Assembly: GCF_001194135.2 (NCBI RefSeq)
Contig: NC_068992.1
Span: 34,109,487-34,154,497, forward strand
DNA length: 45,011 nucleotides
Source of the DNA: Octopus bimaculoides
Taxonomy: Eukaryota
Reading direction: 5' to 3'
A program made the translations under genes and the position numbers. Below, piece by piece: positions 9,959 through 21,743 of this stretch. Numbering within the stretch: the stretch's first letter is position 1; each line of letters opens with the position of its first letter. The notes beneath the pieces were generated by a model. It ran no database searches. It worked only from the letters and a program-made list of their open reading frames with translations, and had not been told where the DNA came from.

Positions 9959-10926
9959 TCAGTTGAATAATAAGTCAAAATTATAGAGAGTTATACGGAT
10001 TGAAATAAATGAAAATATTCGTCATTTTTCTTGCCAGTTAGTTGTTTAGAATTGCTTCAATGTTAGGATTTATGACATAAATGACTTTTAGCTATATTTT
10101 AATTCAAGTCAGTTTAATATTAATTAATCAAACATAACACGATTTATAATAATGGACTTCTGAAGATGTAACCTTAGGGGCAAACAATATTTTAATAAAC
10201 AAAAAGCTGGAATGGCATGCAAAACATTTTGAAGGTGAACTGACAAGTAATCAATTATTATAAATGCAATTATTATATTATAGGCATATATGCACATGTT
10301 ATTCAATTAAACATATATTCTTTATCTTTCAATGGTATTGGTATTAAAACTGGAAACTATATAATTCCCTTTGAGAGATGATACTGAAATAACCTTAACA
10401 GCTGTTAGGTAGAGGTACTTCTTTACTGTCTACAAGCTTATAAGTACACATTTTATTATAGCCATTAATCTATTTGCGCCAGTTTGCCTAATTGGATAAA
10501 AAAAATAATTCACATTCATAATTGAGTGGTTTGTTGTAGGAATAACATTCAACTTTAAAGTGATGATTTCCAAAACTAACACAAAAGTACAGTAATTAAG
10601 AATCATGCAACCATACAGAAATTTACAGTGTCCCATATTTACCTTTCATAAATTATGTTGGCAGTGATAAATTTGTTTATTTTTACATCACTTCCGATAA
10701 AATAGTCTCTTTTGCTAGCATTGTGTAACATTGAATCATTTAATAATATTAATAATCCTATTATATATATGTCAATAATAGATAATAATCTCAGGTATAG
10801 ACACTACAACAATAAGTTAATTATGTACAGGTACTTCTATGTAACATACATTTTTCTTGTTGAACTATTTATTGTTATCCCTTTGTATGAAATTTGAAAC
10901 CTATTTGTAAAAAAAAAGAAAACGAG

Positions 10927-10962
10927 AAAGAAAGAAAGAAAGAAAGAAAGAAAAAAGAAAGA
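10927..10962. repeat. (AAAG)n microsatellite
   Basis: Seen directly. Confidence 0.93.
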
Positions 10963-11866
10963 GCATCCTCAAAACAATCAGGGTCAAAAATCATGTTATT
11001 TTAATTAAATTAATTAAGTTAAGGTGTGTTTCTTTAATTTCGTACACCACTGAAGATTATTAATTTTACACAAATTTATTAGTTTTCTGTTATGAGATAT
11101 AAATTCTTAAAGACACAAATTTATGCATAACAATGAATAGTTTAACAAGAATAATTTATATAACAAAGAAATGTCAATACATAACAGAAGGTTCAATACA
11201 GTGTATAGCAAAATAGCCATTTCAACCTTTATTAAGTTAAGGGCCATTCTGACTCGTCAAACCACAAGCATTCATATTGACTTAACCCTGCTAACTGCAT
11301 ATATATATATATATACATTAGTAGAAGTAACACAAACAAATGATGAGAAGGTAAACAAACTTTAGATTAGTTGAAATATACAAATATACTTGTGACATAT
11401 TTTAAATACCTAAGTCAATTTCATTGTAGTTTACTGTGTAGAAAAATTCTTGTCTAAGGTGAAAGGTGTAAATACATCATAATCTGCTTAATGGCACACT
11501 CTCTTGTACCCCTATACATTTCTAGTTCCTTAGTCTTCCTCAGCAAGAGATACCAAAGCGAGATAACTCTGAGCTGATTAGAAAGCCACGGTTTTATAAT
11601 AGAACTGTCAATACTATGCTTGTAGCATATTTTTTTCCTTCTATTGCAGTGCAATTGCTTTTACAAGTAAAAACATGTCTCAAATATATTTGAACTAATC
11701 TGAAGTTTGTTTATTTCTCATCACTGTATTGAGCATTGTATTGACCATTGCCTTTCTGATCAGCTCTGTGTAATCTGTTTTTAATATCTCCTAATGAGGA
11801 AGGCTAAGGAACCAGAAATGCATCTAGGAATCTATGCATACTTACATACATACATATGCATATATA

Positions 11867-12716
11867 CAAGGTGCGATGAGTAATTTGTCACTATTTTATA
11901 TTATCTATTTCAAACATGCGCATTGTTTGCTTTTCATTTTGTCAACTACACAGTATACTAGGGTTAGTTGAGCACCATTTGTGAGAAAAACAGCACTTGA
12001 ACAGAAATTTGGAAACGGCCTGCTGTACTTCTTGGCAGTCGTGCTGGAAGCTTTAGTATAACCATTTTAGAGTGTTTGGGTATCAGTCTGAGGACATGTA
12101 CCAAAAATGATAAAAATTAAACAGCCAGCCAACATCATGGTGTTTGGAGTGACCAGTAGTGATGGTGACATTATGTCTCCATTCATCTTCCCACACGGCC
12201 TCAGACTTAACACAGAGGCCTATATCAAGTGACTGGAGGAGGTAGTGCTGCCCTGGGTCAAGAGGGTAGTTGCTGGAAGACCTGACGTCTGGCAATGGAA
12301 CTCTGGACCATGCCACACAAGCAGGAGAACCCAATCATTGCTGTCAGACAATTTCTGCGACCACATCACCCCTAACATTTGGCCACCTAACTTCCCAGAC
12401 TGCAATCCCCTTGATTATTATATGTGGGGTGCAGTTGAGCAAGTGATCAACAAAACTCCTTGTAGCACCCAGGATGAGCAGAAAGTAAGGATTATGGCAG
12501 CATGCACCAACTTAAACAAGGAGATTGTTCAGAAGAGTTACAGGAGATTCCAAAGTTGTCTGGAGGATGTGGTTGAAGCCAATGGTGATTTTATTGAATA
12601 AATTTACTCTTTAGTATATCAAGATATTTTTAGGTAATGTTGGTAAATATATCTATTAAAATGAGATGTCAGTGTTATTTTTATTTTTGCATAGACAGCT
12701 TATTCACTGCACCCTG
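11867..12716 (+). mobile_element. Internally deleted Tc1/mariner maT (DD37D) element, 850 bp, with TIRs and TA target duplication
   Basis: TA|caaggtgcgatgagtaatttgtc ... gacagcttattcactgcaccctg|TA. The transposase remnant WQWNSGPCH...WPPNFPDCNPLDY has 37 residues between the second (D>N) and third catalytic positions. A deletion near 12097 removes the first D. Confidence 0.92.
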
Positions 12717-12724
12717 TATATAAG

Positions 12725-12787
12725 TATGTACCATCCAACTCATGCCAGTATGGAAGGGGGACATTAAACAATGATGATGACGATGAC

Positions 12788-12820
<33 letters not shown>
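12725..12820 (+). mobile_element. RTE 3' tip with expanded (GAT)n tail
   Basis: ccatccaactcatgccagtatggaa...cattaaacaatgatgatg... is homologous to the end of 6651-7293. Confidence 0.7.
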
Positions 12821-12821
<1 letters not shown>

Positions 12822-13689
12822 TACATATATATATTTCAAAGTTTGTGGATAGGTGACTGACGTTCCTACTATGTTCTCATTTTTATGTAGCATTCATTTG
12901 TCCATCCACTGCTGCCTCACTTCAGATTCTCTGTTCTATTTCTCTTCTCATCCATCATTCTCGTTCTTCTATCATATGATGGCTGTTTATCTGTCTGCCC
13001 CACCTTCTCTCTCTCTCTCTTTTGATATTTGATTCTCATTTTTATATCCCTCTCTTTTTCTCTCTTACAACTTTAGTTTGTTTTCCTCTTAACCTCTGAA
13101 CAATTTCATAAATATTGCAATGCATTTCTTCCCTTCCCCTATCCTTTTCTGAACACTTACAACTCCTGATGACAATTTGCTAGCATCTTAATTGCAAGAA
13201 TCTCTATCAGTAGAGTAAAACAAGAGAGGAAGTTAAAAAAATATACAATAACAAAAAGAAATGAAATATGAAAAGAAGAAAATTGTAGTTGCTTGACTGG
13301 ACACTATTTTATTCTCTTTCTATCTCCCTTCTTTCTTTCTCTTATAGCTTTCATAATTTCTCATTTTATTTTGAAACACTAACTACCTCTCATACAAGTT
13401 TGCCAAATTTCTCTTTAATCTTAGGGAAGCTCCAGACAGTTTTAATATTATTCTACCACATTAATGTAGCTTTCTTGATTGTTCATTTGTCATTTAAAAA
13501 AAAATTACTTCCTAGTGTAAGTGGAAAGGACTCTTGCCTACAATTGTTTTTATAATTTGTTTCCATCTATAATGCCACTAAAATTATGTATCCTGCTCTC
13601 AAACACAAGTGTGTTGTGAGGCAGCTCATATAAATAAACAGTCCCAAGTATGATTGCAACAAATCTGCCATAAATGCAACTTGCAGAAA

Positions 13690-14350
13690 ACTTGAGGCTG
13701 ATACTGAATCTACCCCGTCCAAATTTTGTCAGAAATGCTTAGCCAATAAGTAAGAACAGAAGGCAAATACAATGTATTATTCCTATGTAAAAGATAATCT
13801 ACCAGTTTTTGCTAGTGCACCACAGTACCTAAAACAGCTTTTTACTGCTGCTACTGAAGAATCAATGCATTTGTTTGAAAATATAACTCTGCCTTCAAAG
13901 CAACATCCATTGGAACTAGCATCATCAGAAAAATAGGAAACGCATCAACCTTGTGGTTGGTACAAAGAAAGTCTCCTACAAGATTGGTTTACTTCAGCCC
14001 CTCCCCTGCAGCTGAAATTCGTTTATGCCAGACACATAATAGGAACACCATTTCACCAGGCACAGGGTTTGAATTAATTCTTAAACTTCAAGATATGATC
14101 CATGCAAAGAACAGTTATGTAAGGAGTACATCTTTAGTCTGTAACTCCTTTGGAGTTTCAAAGTGCAAAGTGCCATAAACACAGCAGGTTGTTTGGAGAA
14201 TAGGCAAAGTGATTTGCTGCACTTGAATGCAAAGTGGTTCCTGTCATCATGAATGGAAAACCACAGCAAATGAGATATCATTCTGCAGTATAAAGACAGC
14301 GCTATCACAACTATAAATGAAACACACAGCTCTTATGATGCATTGCAATA
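13690..14350 (+). mobile_element. Helitron Rep (HUH endonuclease) N-terminal relic
   Basis: Fragments in shifting frames occur in the canonical order: CQKCLA.K, VKDNLP...PQYLKQLF...SMHLFENI, YNSAFKATSIG, VSYKIGLLQPLP, LILKLQDMIHAKNSYVRS, DIILQYKD...INETHSSYDALQY. Confidence 0.75.
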
Positions 14351-14574
14351 TAATAGTTTCAAAAGAAATAAGACTGTTTTCATTTTTACTTAATCAAGCA
14401 TTGAATCTGATATATGTCATCTACATAGTTAAAACTATGAAGTATGCTGTTCATATTAAGCACATATCAGTAGGACAGTACATTAAATACATACTGGACT
14501 GTTATGAAAGTACTTTGAACAAAATTTAATTTCTTACAGGTAAATCCACTTTCCAAATGTAATTAAATATTAGT

Positions 14575-14791
14575 AAATTCTTTTCAACTCTAGGCACAAG
14601 GCCTGAAATTTGGGGGAGGGGGCCAATCGATTAGATCGATCCCAGTATGCAACTGGTACTTAATTTATCGACCCTGAAAGAATGAAAAGCAAAGTCGACC
14701 TCAGCAGAATTTGAACTCAGAATGCAAAGACAGACGAAATACCGCTAAGCATTTCGCCTGGCATGCTAACGTTTCTGCCAGCTTGCTGCCT
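14575..14791 (-). mobile_element. tRNA-derived SINE, family A, with 12-bp target site duplication
   Basis: Head ggcagcaagctggcagaaacgttagc and B box gagttcaaattc. ttaaatattagt occurs at both 14563-14574 and 14792-14803. Confidence 0.88.
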
Positions 14792-14971
14792 TTAAATATT
14801 AGTGTATTAAACCAGATATACATTCATTAAGAACAATTCTGGCTCATTTATAGCTACTTCTTATCCTTGGCAATGCTGACTATTCTGGCAGTGGCTGTGT
14901 GCTTGTGCGTGTGTGTGTGCATGTGTGTGTTTGTGTGTGTGTGTGTGTGTTTGCACATATGACGGACTCAC

Positions 14972-15362
14972 CTGTCAAAGATGATGTATCAGTGTTCAGC
15001 GAAAAGTCAGAAAAAATCCAATGAAATAAACAATCAGCAACACACTCACATTACTATTACTACTATTATTCACTAATGTTTCCAGTTCATTCATTTCACC
15101 TGGTCATTCTTTGGATGAGTCCTCAAGCCACCAAAAGCATTATGGATATGAGAATAAGCATGACTTATTAAACCAGCACGAAATCCAGCTGAGAAATCAT
15201 AATGTGGACAATGGTGATGTTGCAGGAAGACTGTTGTTTTGTTGGTTTCTCTTCCTATTTACTCTTATTTGCATTTGATGAAGAACCCTTTGAGTTTCAA
15301 CATTTTGAAGCTGGAAAAAGCACTCTCACCTCCAGTGGGCAATTTGTCCTTATACCATACAT
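14972..15362 (-). other. Candidate non-coding/UTR exon (391 nt)
   Basis: Minus strand has a tgactaac branch point (15387-15380) 18 nt from a ttatcttag acceptor, and a perfect CAG|GTGAGT donor at 14972/14971. All three frames contain stops. Confidence 0.3.
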
Positions 15363-15479
15363 CTAAGATAAATAATTCAGTTAGTCAAAATAAATTGAAT
15401 ATAATTGTGGTCTATGCTATTGTGTCATGCTATGAGGTAAGGGTAACGGTCGAAGGGAGGTGATCAGAGGTTAGACCAG

Positions 15480-16200
15480 TGAGCTAATAAGCAGTAATGT
15501 AAGGTAGGTATTAGCAGTATTTAGAGAATAAGAATTTATTTTTATTAAGCATGTTGTGTTTTTCTCGTCTTGTTTATTAAGCAATTCTGATTTGGCCATT
15601 AAAATGAAGAATTTCTCATTGGCTATTACTATCATTTTTATTATTACTACTATTATAATCGTCATCATAGTTAATGTTATTATTAATATCATTATGAATC
15701 TTATTGTTCTTCCAACTTTTTTTATTATTACTACTATTATTGTTATTGTTATTATATTTATGATAATTATTATAGATATTGTGGCTATTATTAGTATTAT
15801 TGTAATTATAGATATTTTTGTTATTTGGGTTATTTTTATTAGGCTCCAAGTAAAAGTACTTAATTTTTTGCTTATAGCCTGCTTTTCCAAATGCAATGTT
15901 ATAGTGTTTCTTATACTAACTAAAGATATCTTCATTAGACAAGAGATACAAAATTCTTTTACTAATGTCCTGAACAAGTCCTCTTTTTATAAAATTTGGG
16001 TGGTTGCTATGTGCATTTACAATAACCTCTAACTCATAATTTTCTTTATATATATATATATGAAAGGTATTGGTATCCAAATTACCCAAGGTGGCAGGTA
16101 ACACTATGTAAGTGCTATGGAATGACTGTAGTTAAACTCTTGGTTCGATAATGATTCTAGTGAGGAGTCTAATGCGGGTCTTGTATGAGCATGTATATAG
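15480..16200 (-). mobile_element. Penelope-like (Naiad-type) RT thumb region plus Asn-rich linker, degenerate
   Basis: ATLGNLDTNTFH...NAHSNHPNFIKRGLVQDISKRILYLLSNEDIF..Y..AF.KAGYKQKIKY matches the PLE 'LDVTL...SNHP..I...I..RI..LSS...F...Y..AL...GY' segment. It continues into poly-Asn. Confidence 0.78.
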
Positions 16201-16283
16201 ATATATATATAATGAAAATCACAAGTCAAGTGTGTGTGTGTGAGTGTGTATATATGTAAGTATATATGCATTTAAACTTTACA

Positions 16284-16630
16284 GGTGCAAGCGTGGCTGT
16301 GTGGTAAGAAACTTGTTACCGAATCACATGGTTCTGGGTTCAGTTTCACTGCACAGCACCTTAGGCAAATGTCCACTACTGTAGCCTCAAGCTGCTCAGC
16401 TTTGTGAGTGGTTTTATGCCAGTGTTTGTCCCCTACCAGCACTTGACAACCAGTGTTGGCGTGTTTACATCCCTGTAAATTAGTCATTCAGCAAAAGAGA
16501 CTAATAGAATGAATACCAGGCTAAAGAAAAACAAACAAGTACTGGGGTCAATTCATTCAATTAAAAATTGTTCAAGGTGGTGTCCCTGCATGGCCACAGT
16601 CTAATGATTCACACAAGTAAAAGGTAAGAT
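16284..16630 (+). mobile_element. tRNA-derived SINE, family B
   Basis: gcgtggctgtgtggtaagaa A box, gggttcagtttcac B-box-like, caccttaggcaa, and a 3' end ending caagtaaaag. Homologous to 17695-18062 and 35314-35675. Confidence 0.85.
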
Positions 16631-16636
16631 ATATAT

Positions 16637-16638
16637 GT

Positions 16639-16684
<46 letters not shown>
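16637..16684. repeat. (CA)n microsatellite
   Basis: Seen directly. Confidence 0.97.
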
Positions 16685-16685
<1 letters not shown>

Positions 16686-16904
16686 AGTTGTTGCATATCA
16701 TGAGTCAGTTTCTATTCTTTTTTATCATGACTCATGAAACATTTTGCCAAACATATAATATCACCACAGAAATTTTCCTGGTCCTGTTACAAAACTACCA
16801 CATGCAAAATGGTACCTAGGAGATAACTTATAGTTAGTCATTGCTCCATAAAGCATACATTCTACAATGAAGCCACCTTACATATATACACACACATTTA
16901 CACC

Positions 16905-17085
16905 TACACATACATATATATTTATGACAGGCTTCTACACAGTTTCTGTCTACAAAATTAATTCACTCATGAGGAATTGGCCAGCCTATGGCTATTGAGG
17001 AAGACACTTGCTCAAGGTGTCACACTGTGGAACTGAATCCAAAATTATGTGGTTGCACTGTGAACTTGTTAATCACATACGCATG
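16905..17085 (-). mobile_element. SINE family B 5' fragment
   Basis: gaagacacttgctcaaggtgtcacactgtggaactgaatcc is the reverse complement of the family B head. Confidence 0.72.
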
Positions 17086-17459
17086 TGTGTGTGCGTGTGT
17101 GTGTGTGTGTACATGTGTGTGTAGGTAGACAGATAGATAGATAGACAGACAGACGGAGAGATAAACAGACAGACGGAGACATAATACTATTATCTTAATG
17201 TTTACCTTTTGTCCATAATCAATGATATTCTGTTGAAAAGATCAAATGTTTAAGTAACATTTATTTTGTTATCTTGTAACTTTTGTTTCTAAAATCTTTT
17301 ATTCAGTCATATCAACACCAGTTAGTACTTCAGTTTAGTACTTAATTTATCAAGTCTTATTTCTCAATTCTCTATGTTACAATACACAAACGAAATCAAC
17401 ATAAACACAACTCTGGTTTTACTCAATTTGAGTACACACTGTCTTTATACCTACCTACA

Positions 17460-17645
17460 TCCTGGCACAACCTGGGAGCAGATAATAGCAGCTAAATTTC
17501 AAACAACTTGCAACCATCTTAAAAAAAAATGATACTGTGAATAATGTAGTCCCTAATATACAAAAAGACATGATGGTCATGTCTGGAACCCTTTTGATCA
17601 TAGGTCTGCTTGATAAATACCGACAAGAGACTAAACAAGAAGAAC
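17460..17645 (-). mobile_element. SINE-like dispersed repeat, family D
   Basis: Minus strand reads caagcagacctatgatcaaaagggttccagacatgaccatc...ttttaagatgg...aaatttagctgctatt. Confidence 0.6.
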
Positions 17646-17694
17646 AACAATCAAGTGAAAGAAATTGCACTGTCTTATTACTAATTGCTATATT

Positions 17695-18062
17695 TATCTT
17701 TTATCTGTTTTTTAGTCATTAGTCTGCGGCCATGCTGGGGCACCACCTTGAAATTCTAGTCGAATGAATTGACCTTAGTACCTAAATATTATTCTATTGG
17801 TCTCTTTTTGCTGAAATGCCAAGTTACAGAGATGTAAAGAAACCAATTCAGTTATCAAATGGTGGAGGGGGACAAACTCAAACACACATACATATATGTA
17901 GAATAGGCTTCTTTTAGTTTCCACCAACCAAATCCACTCAGAAGCTTTGATTGGTCAGGAGCTATAATATAAAACATCTGCCCAAAGTGCCATGCAGTGG
18001 GACTGAACCTGGAACCATGTGGTTGGGAAGCAAACTTCTTTCTACATATCCATGCCTGCACC
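17695..18062 (-). mobile_element. tRNA-derived SINE, family B, full length
   Basis: Reverse complement is colinear with 16284-16630 and 35314-35675. Confidence 0.85.
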
Positions 18063-18409
18063 ATTGACTTTAATCCATTATTTTACTCTTTCCTATTGGT
18101 TTTTGAATATTGGCCATGATAGTGCAATACAATTTCTGTTTTCTAGTTTGAGTAATTAAGTGACAAATTTATCTCCAACATTAATACCTATGAAACACAC
18201 AAGTGTATTACGGTAAGAATGGGTCATTGAAAATGGGGCTAGAGAGATAAGAGAGGTTTTCAGACAGACATTGCTCTGATCAGCTCAGCTCTCATGAGAA
18301 ATTATTGGCAAAATTTATCTGAAATCACCAGTAAGAATGATTGTAACACTTTGGATTATACAGTTCTTACCTCAGATTTTTCATTGTCTATTTCAATGCT
18401 TTCATGTAT

Positions 18410-18545
18410 TGGACTGTGGCCATGCCATGTTGTTGCTTTCGTGTTTATTGTCAATTAAATCAAGCTTAGTAGTTATCTTGTTTATGGCCCTCAGAAAAAT
18501 GAAAGGCTAAGTCTACTTAAGCAGAATTTGAACTCTGAACATAAA
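18410..18545 (-). mobile_element. Decayed SINE fragment (family A/B-like)
   Basis: gcagaatttgaactc B-box region and gactgtggccatg. Confidence 0.5.
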
Positions 18546-19064
18546 GGGATAAAACAACACACCTCAATTTATTCTGTTCAATGTGTTATGTGCTAAGAAT
18601 TCTTCCTTCAAGTTTTCTTTTTTTTTTTTTAATTTTGTTTATATTTTACAGAATTTATTTTAAAATTATTTATTCATGTTTCTATACATATTAAATATTT
18701 TAATTTTCAAATTAACATATATACAATCTGAAGTCAAAAAAGGTCAAATAATTTCCAGTTTCTCATAGATATATTTAGAAATTACAGTATTACATAGAAT
18801 AAACTTGAAACAATATTAAATTACTGTTATTCTATAAATGAAATTCTTAAAATTTCTGAGAAGGAAATCAATTTCTTCTCTTACTACAAACCTCTAAAGC
18901 TGTTCATGCAGATTTGTTGCATTTCTAAATTTGTTACAAATCATTTGGGTTATAACAGCTGGAAACTACATGCAGTTTTAACAACAAAGAGTCTATGCAG
19001 AAAAAAATTACTCTTTACTAAAGTTTTGAGCCAACTACATATTATAATTGGAATTTACAAAAAA

Positions 19065-19365
19065 AAAAGACAGACAAAACAAAAGACGAAGATGTATGTG
19101 TAAACAACAAAAGATGTATTAGTTTAATGCTCGGGAAGCGAGAAAGTCTTTTATGTCTTGAGTCTACACTCTTTAACAGAAAGGAACACAGAAATAAACA
19201 GAGAGAGAAAATCAAAAAAGGTTTAGTGGCTAGCGATAATCATGGTGAATATTATAATATGTGTTCCCTGTTTCTGACAGGTGTCAGATTTGAATAAAAA
19301 TGATTGGTTAGTGGTAATCTGGTAGACCAGTATTGATGGTTGAGCCATCAGTGGCTTAAACAGCA
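19065..19365 (-). repeat. Dispersed pseudo-LTR-like repeat with a decayed hammerhead-like motif (19148-19183)
   Basis: Homologous to 2302-2403. Minus strand reads cttt-ctgttaaa-gagt gtag actc-aaga-cata-aaag. Confidence 0.55.
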
Positions 19366-19484
19366 ATGCCTTTCCAGAAGGGTCCATCAAACAAATCGAC
19401 CTCAGCACTTATTTCAAGTCTTATACTTATTCTATTAGTCTCTTTTGCTGAACCATTAAGTACTGATTGGCAAGTAAGGGACAT

Positions 19485-19524
<40 letters not shown>

Positions 19525-19651
19525 GTATGTCTATACACACACACATATATATATATATGTAGATATGTGTATATTATCATCATCATCATTTAGCATCTGT
19601 GTTCCATACTGGCATGGTTGGACGGTATGTATATATCTATATGCCTATATA

Positions 19652-19686
<35 letters not shown>

Positions 19687-19895
19687 GTGTATGTATATGT
19701 ATTATATATATACACACACACACATACATATGCAATGGGTTTCTTCTAGTTTCCATCAATCAAATCCACTCACAAGTCTTTTGCCAGCCTGGCACTATAA
19801 TAGAAGAGACCTGCCCAAAGTACTGCATAGTGGGACTGAACTCAAGACCACATGGTTGGGAAGCAAGCTTCTTAACCACGCAGCCATGCCTGCAC
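19365..19895 (-). mobile_element. SINE family B copy expanded by (CA)/(TA) microsatellites and an inserted RTE 3' tip (~19575-19625)
   Basis: Head gcaggcatggctgcgtggttaagaagcttgcttcccaacc and 3' part aagagactaatagaataagtat, with an internal catcatcatcatttagcatc...ggttggacgg. Confidence 0.8.
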
Positions 19896-20813
19896 TGTCA
19901 AATTTGATAATGACCCAGAAACTGCAAATATATAAATTTTTAAAAAAGAGAGAAAGAAGGAAGAGAAGATGAACATGATGTTTATTATGCTTGTGTAATG
20001 GTGATCAATGAATAAAGTTAATTTAACCATGGAGCTTGGTGAAATTGTTTGCCCCATTCATCATTCAAGTCATCAAGATTGTCAATGCCCTTTGATGCAC
20101 ATATTTCCGCCAAGCTGATGCCAAGGAGAGCATGTTCTCCATTTGTTTAGAGTAGTTTTATGATCTTTATGGCTCCCAAGGAAATTTCTACAACCAGAGT
20201 GAACAAACACCATGCCTCAGCAATATTCATTGAATCTTGGGAATGTGAGTCTTTCATGAGTATCCTGATCTTTGGCTCATTGAAAATATCTTTAGTTTCT
20301 CCATGATTAGTGTTGGAAATTTTCTGCACATGGAGTAAAAGCAGTCTCCTGTTTTGGTTGAAAGCCTTCACAAAGTGTTACATTAAACCTAGTGTGATGT
20401 GCAGTTGTGGCAAAATGATTTTACCTCTGTCAACCTAGAGTTCTGAAATTATATACTTTTCTCCAATGACCATGTTTTCTCTCACAGGCCATTGTTTTCT
20501 CATTCATTGCTCATCCTTGGATCTACTATCCTAGAGACAGATAAAGCAGGGATACTTGTTGCATCTATTCTGCTGACCCCAGAGAAACTTCTCCATCCCC
20601 ACAGATTAGCCATATGTCAAAGGTGATTGTTTCCTGTTGCTCAGTCAACTTAGTTGAGTGACCAATTTGGATTGTGCCATATTTATTGCCTTATTGATAA
20701 GTGCATTTTCTCAAAAACTAGAGCTATTAGAAATAGATGAAGTCTATATTCTTATTCAGAGGTTTGAATGTACCAAGAAGCAGGTTTAAAATATGAAGCA
20801 ACGAAACACAGTT
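19893..20813 (-). mobile_element. Chapaev3-like (CMC) DNA transposon deletion derivative
   Basis: Minus strand reads ICGD..LGQQ..KYPCFICL*DSR...WPVRENMVIGEK...KIILPQLHITLGLM.HFVKA...IF..PKIRILMKD...AW..FTLVV...LGA. The ends are cactgt... and ...acacagt. Confidence 0.8.
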
Positions 20814-20879
20814 ATGAAGACCATAACTGATTATGTAGTACTTCAACAAGGGATGCTCTTATATATATACATATATATG

Positions 20880-20925
<46 letters not shown>

Positions 20926-21478
20926 NNNNNNNNNNNNNNNNNNNNNNNNNNNNNNNNNNNNNNNNNNNNNNNNNNNNNNNNNNNNNNNNNNNNNNNNNNN
21001 NNNNNNNNNNNNNNNNNNNNNNNNNNNNNNNNNNNNNNNNNNNNNNNNNNNNNNNNNNNNNNNNNNNNNNNNNNNNNNNNNNNNNNNNNNNNNNNNNNNN
21101 NNNNNNNNNNNNNNNNNNNNNNNNNNNNNNNNNNNNNNNNNNNNNNNNNNNNNNNNNNNNNNNNNNNNNNNNNNNNNNNNNNNNNNNNNNNNNNNNNNNN
21201 NNNNNNNNNNNNNNNNNNNNNNNNNNNNNNNNNNNNNNNNNNNNNNNNNNNNNNNNNNNNNNNNNNNNNNNNNNNNNNNNNNNNNNNNNNNNNNNNNNNN
21301 NNNNNNNNNNNNNNNNNNNNNNNNNNNNNNNNNNNNNNNNNNNNNNNNNNNNNNNNNNNNNNNNNNNNNNNNNNNNNNNNNNNNNNNNNNNNNNNNNNNN
21401 NNNNNNNNNNNNNNNNNNNNNNNNNNNNNNNNNNNNNNNNNNNNNNNNNNNNNNNNNNNNNNNNNNNNNNNNNNNNNN
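20926..21478. other. Assembly gap (N run)
   Basis: 553 consecutive N. Confidence 0.99.
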
Positions 21479-21743
21479 GTTGCCAGTGCCCCTGGACTGG
21501 CTTGTGTGGGTGGCACATAAAAGACACCATTTCAAGCGTGGCCGTTTTCGTGCGGGTGACACGTAAAAGCACCCACTACACTCCCTGAGTGGTTGGCGTT
21601 AGGAAGGGCATCCAGCTGTAGAAATCCTGCCAAATTAGATTGGCGCCTGGTGTTGCCATCCGGTTTCACCAGTCCTCAGTCAAATCGTCCAACCCATGCT
21701 AGCATGGAAAGCGGATGTTAAACGATGATGATGATGATGATGA
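21479..21743 (+). mobile_element. Young RTE 3' UTR with (GAT)n tail
   Basis: Near-identical to 6945-7293. Confidence 0.92.

Noticed and set aside
15471-16032. Very hydrophobic 158-168 aa ORFs resembling membrane proteins
   Set aside because: They are alternative-frame or antisense readings of the (AAT)-rich PLE linker.
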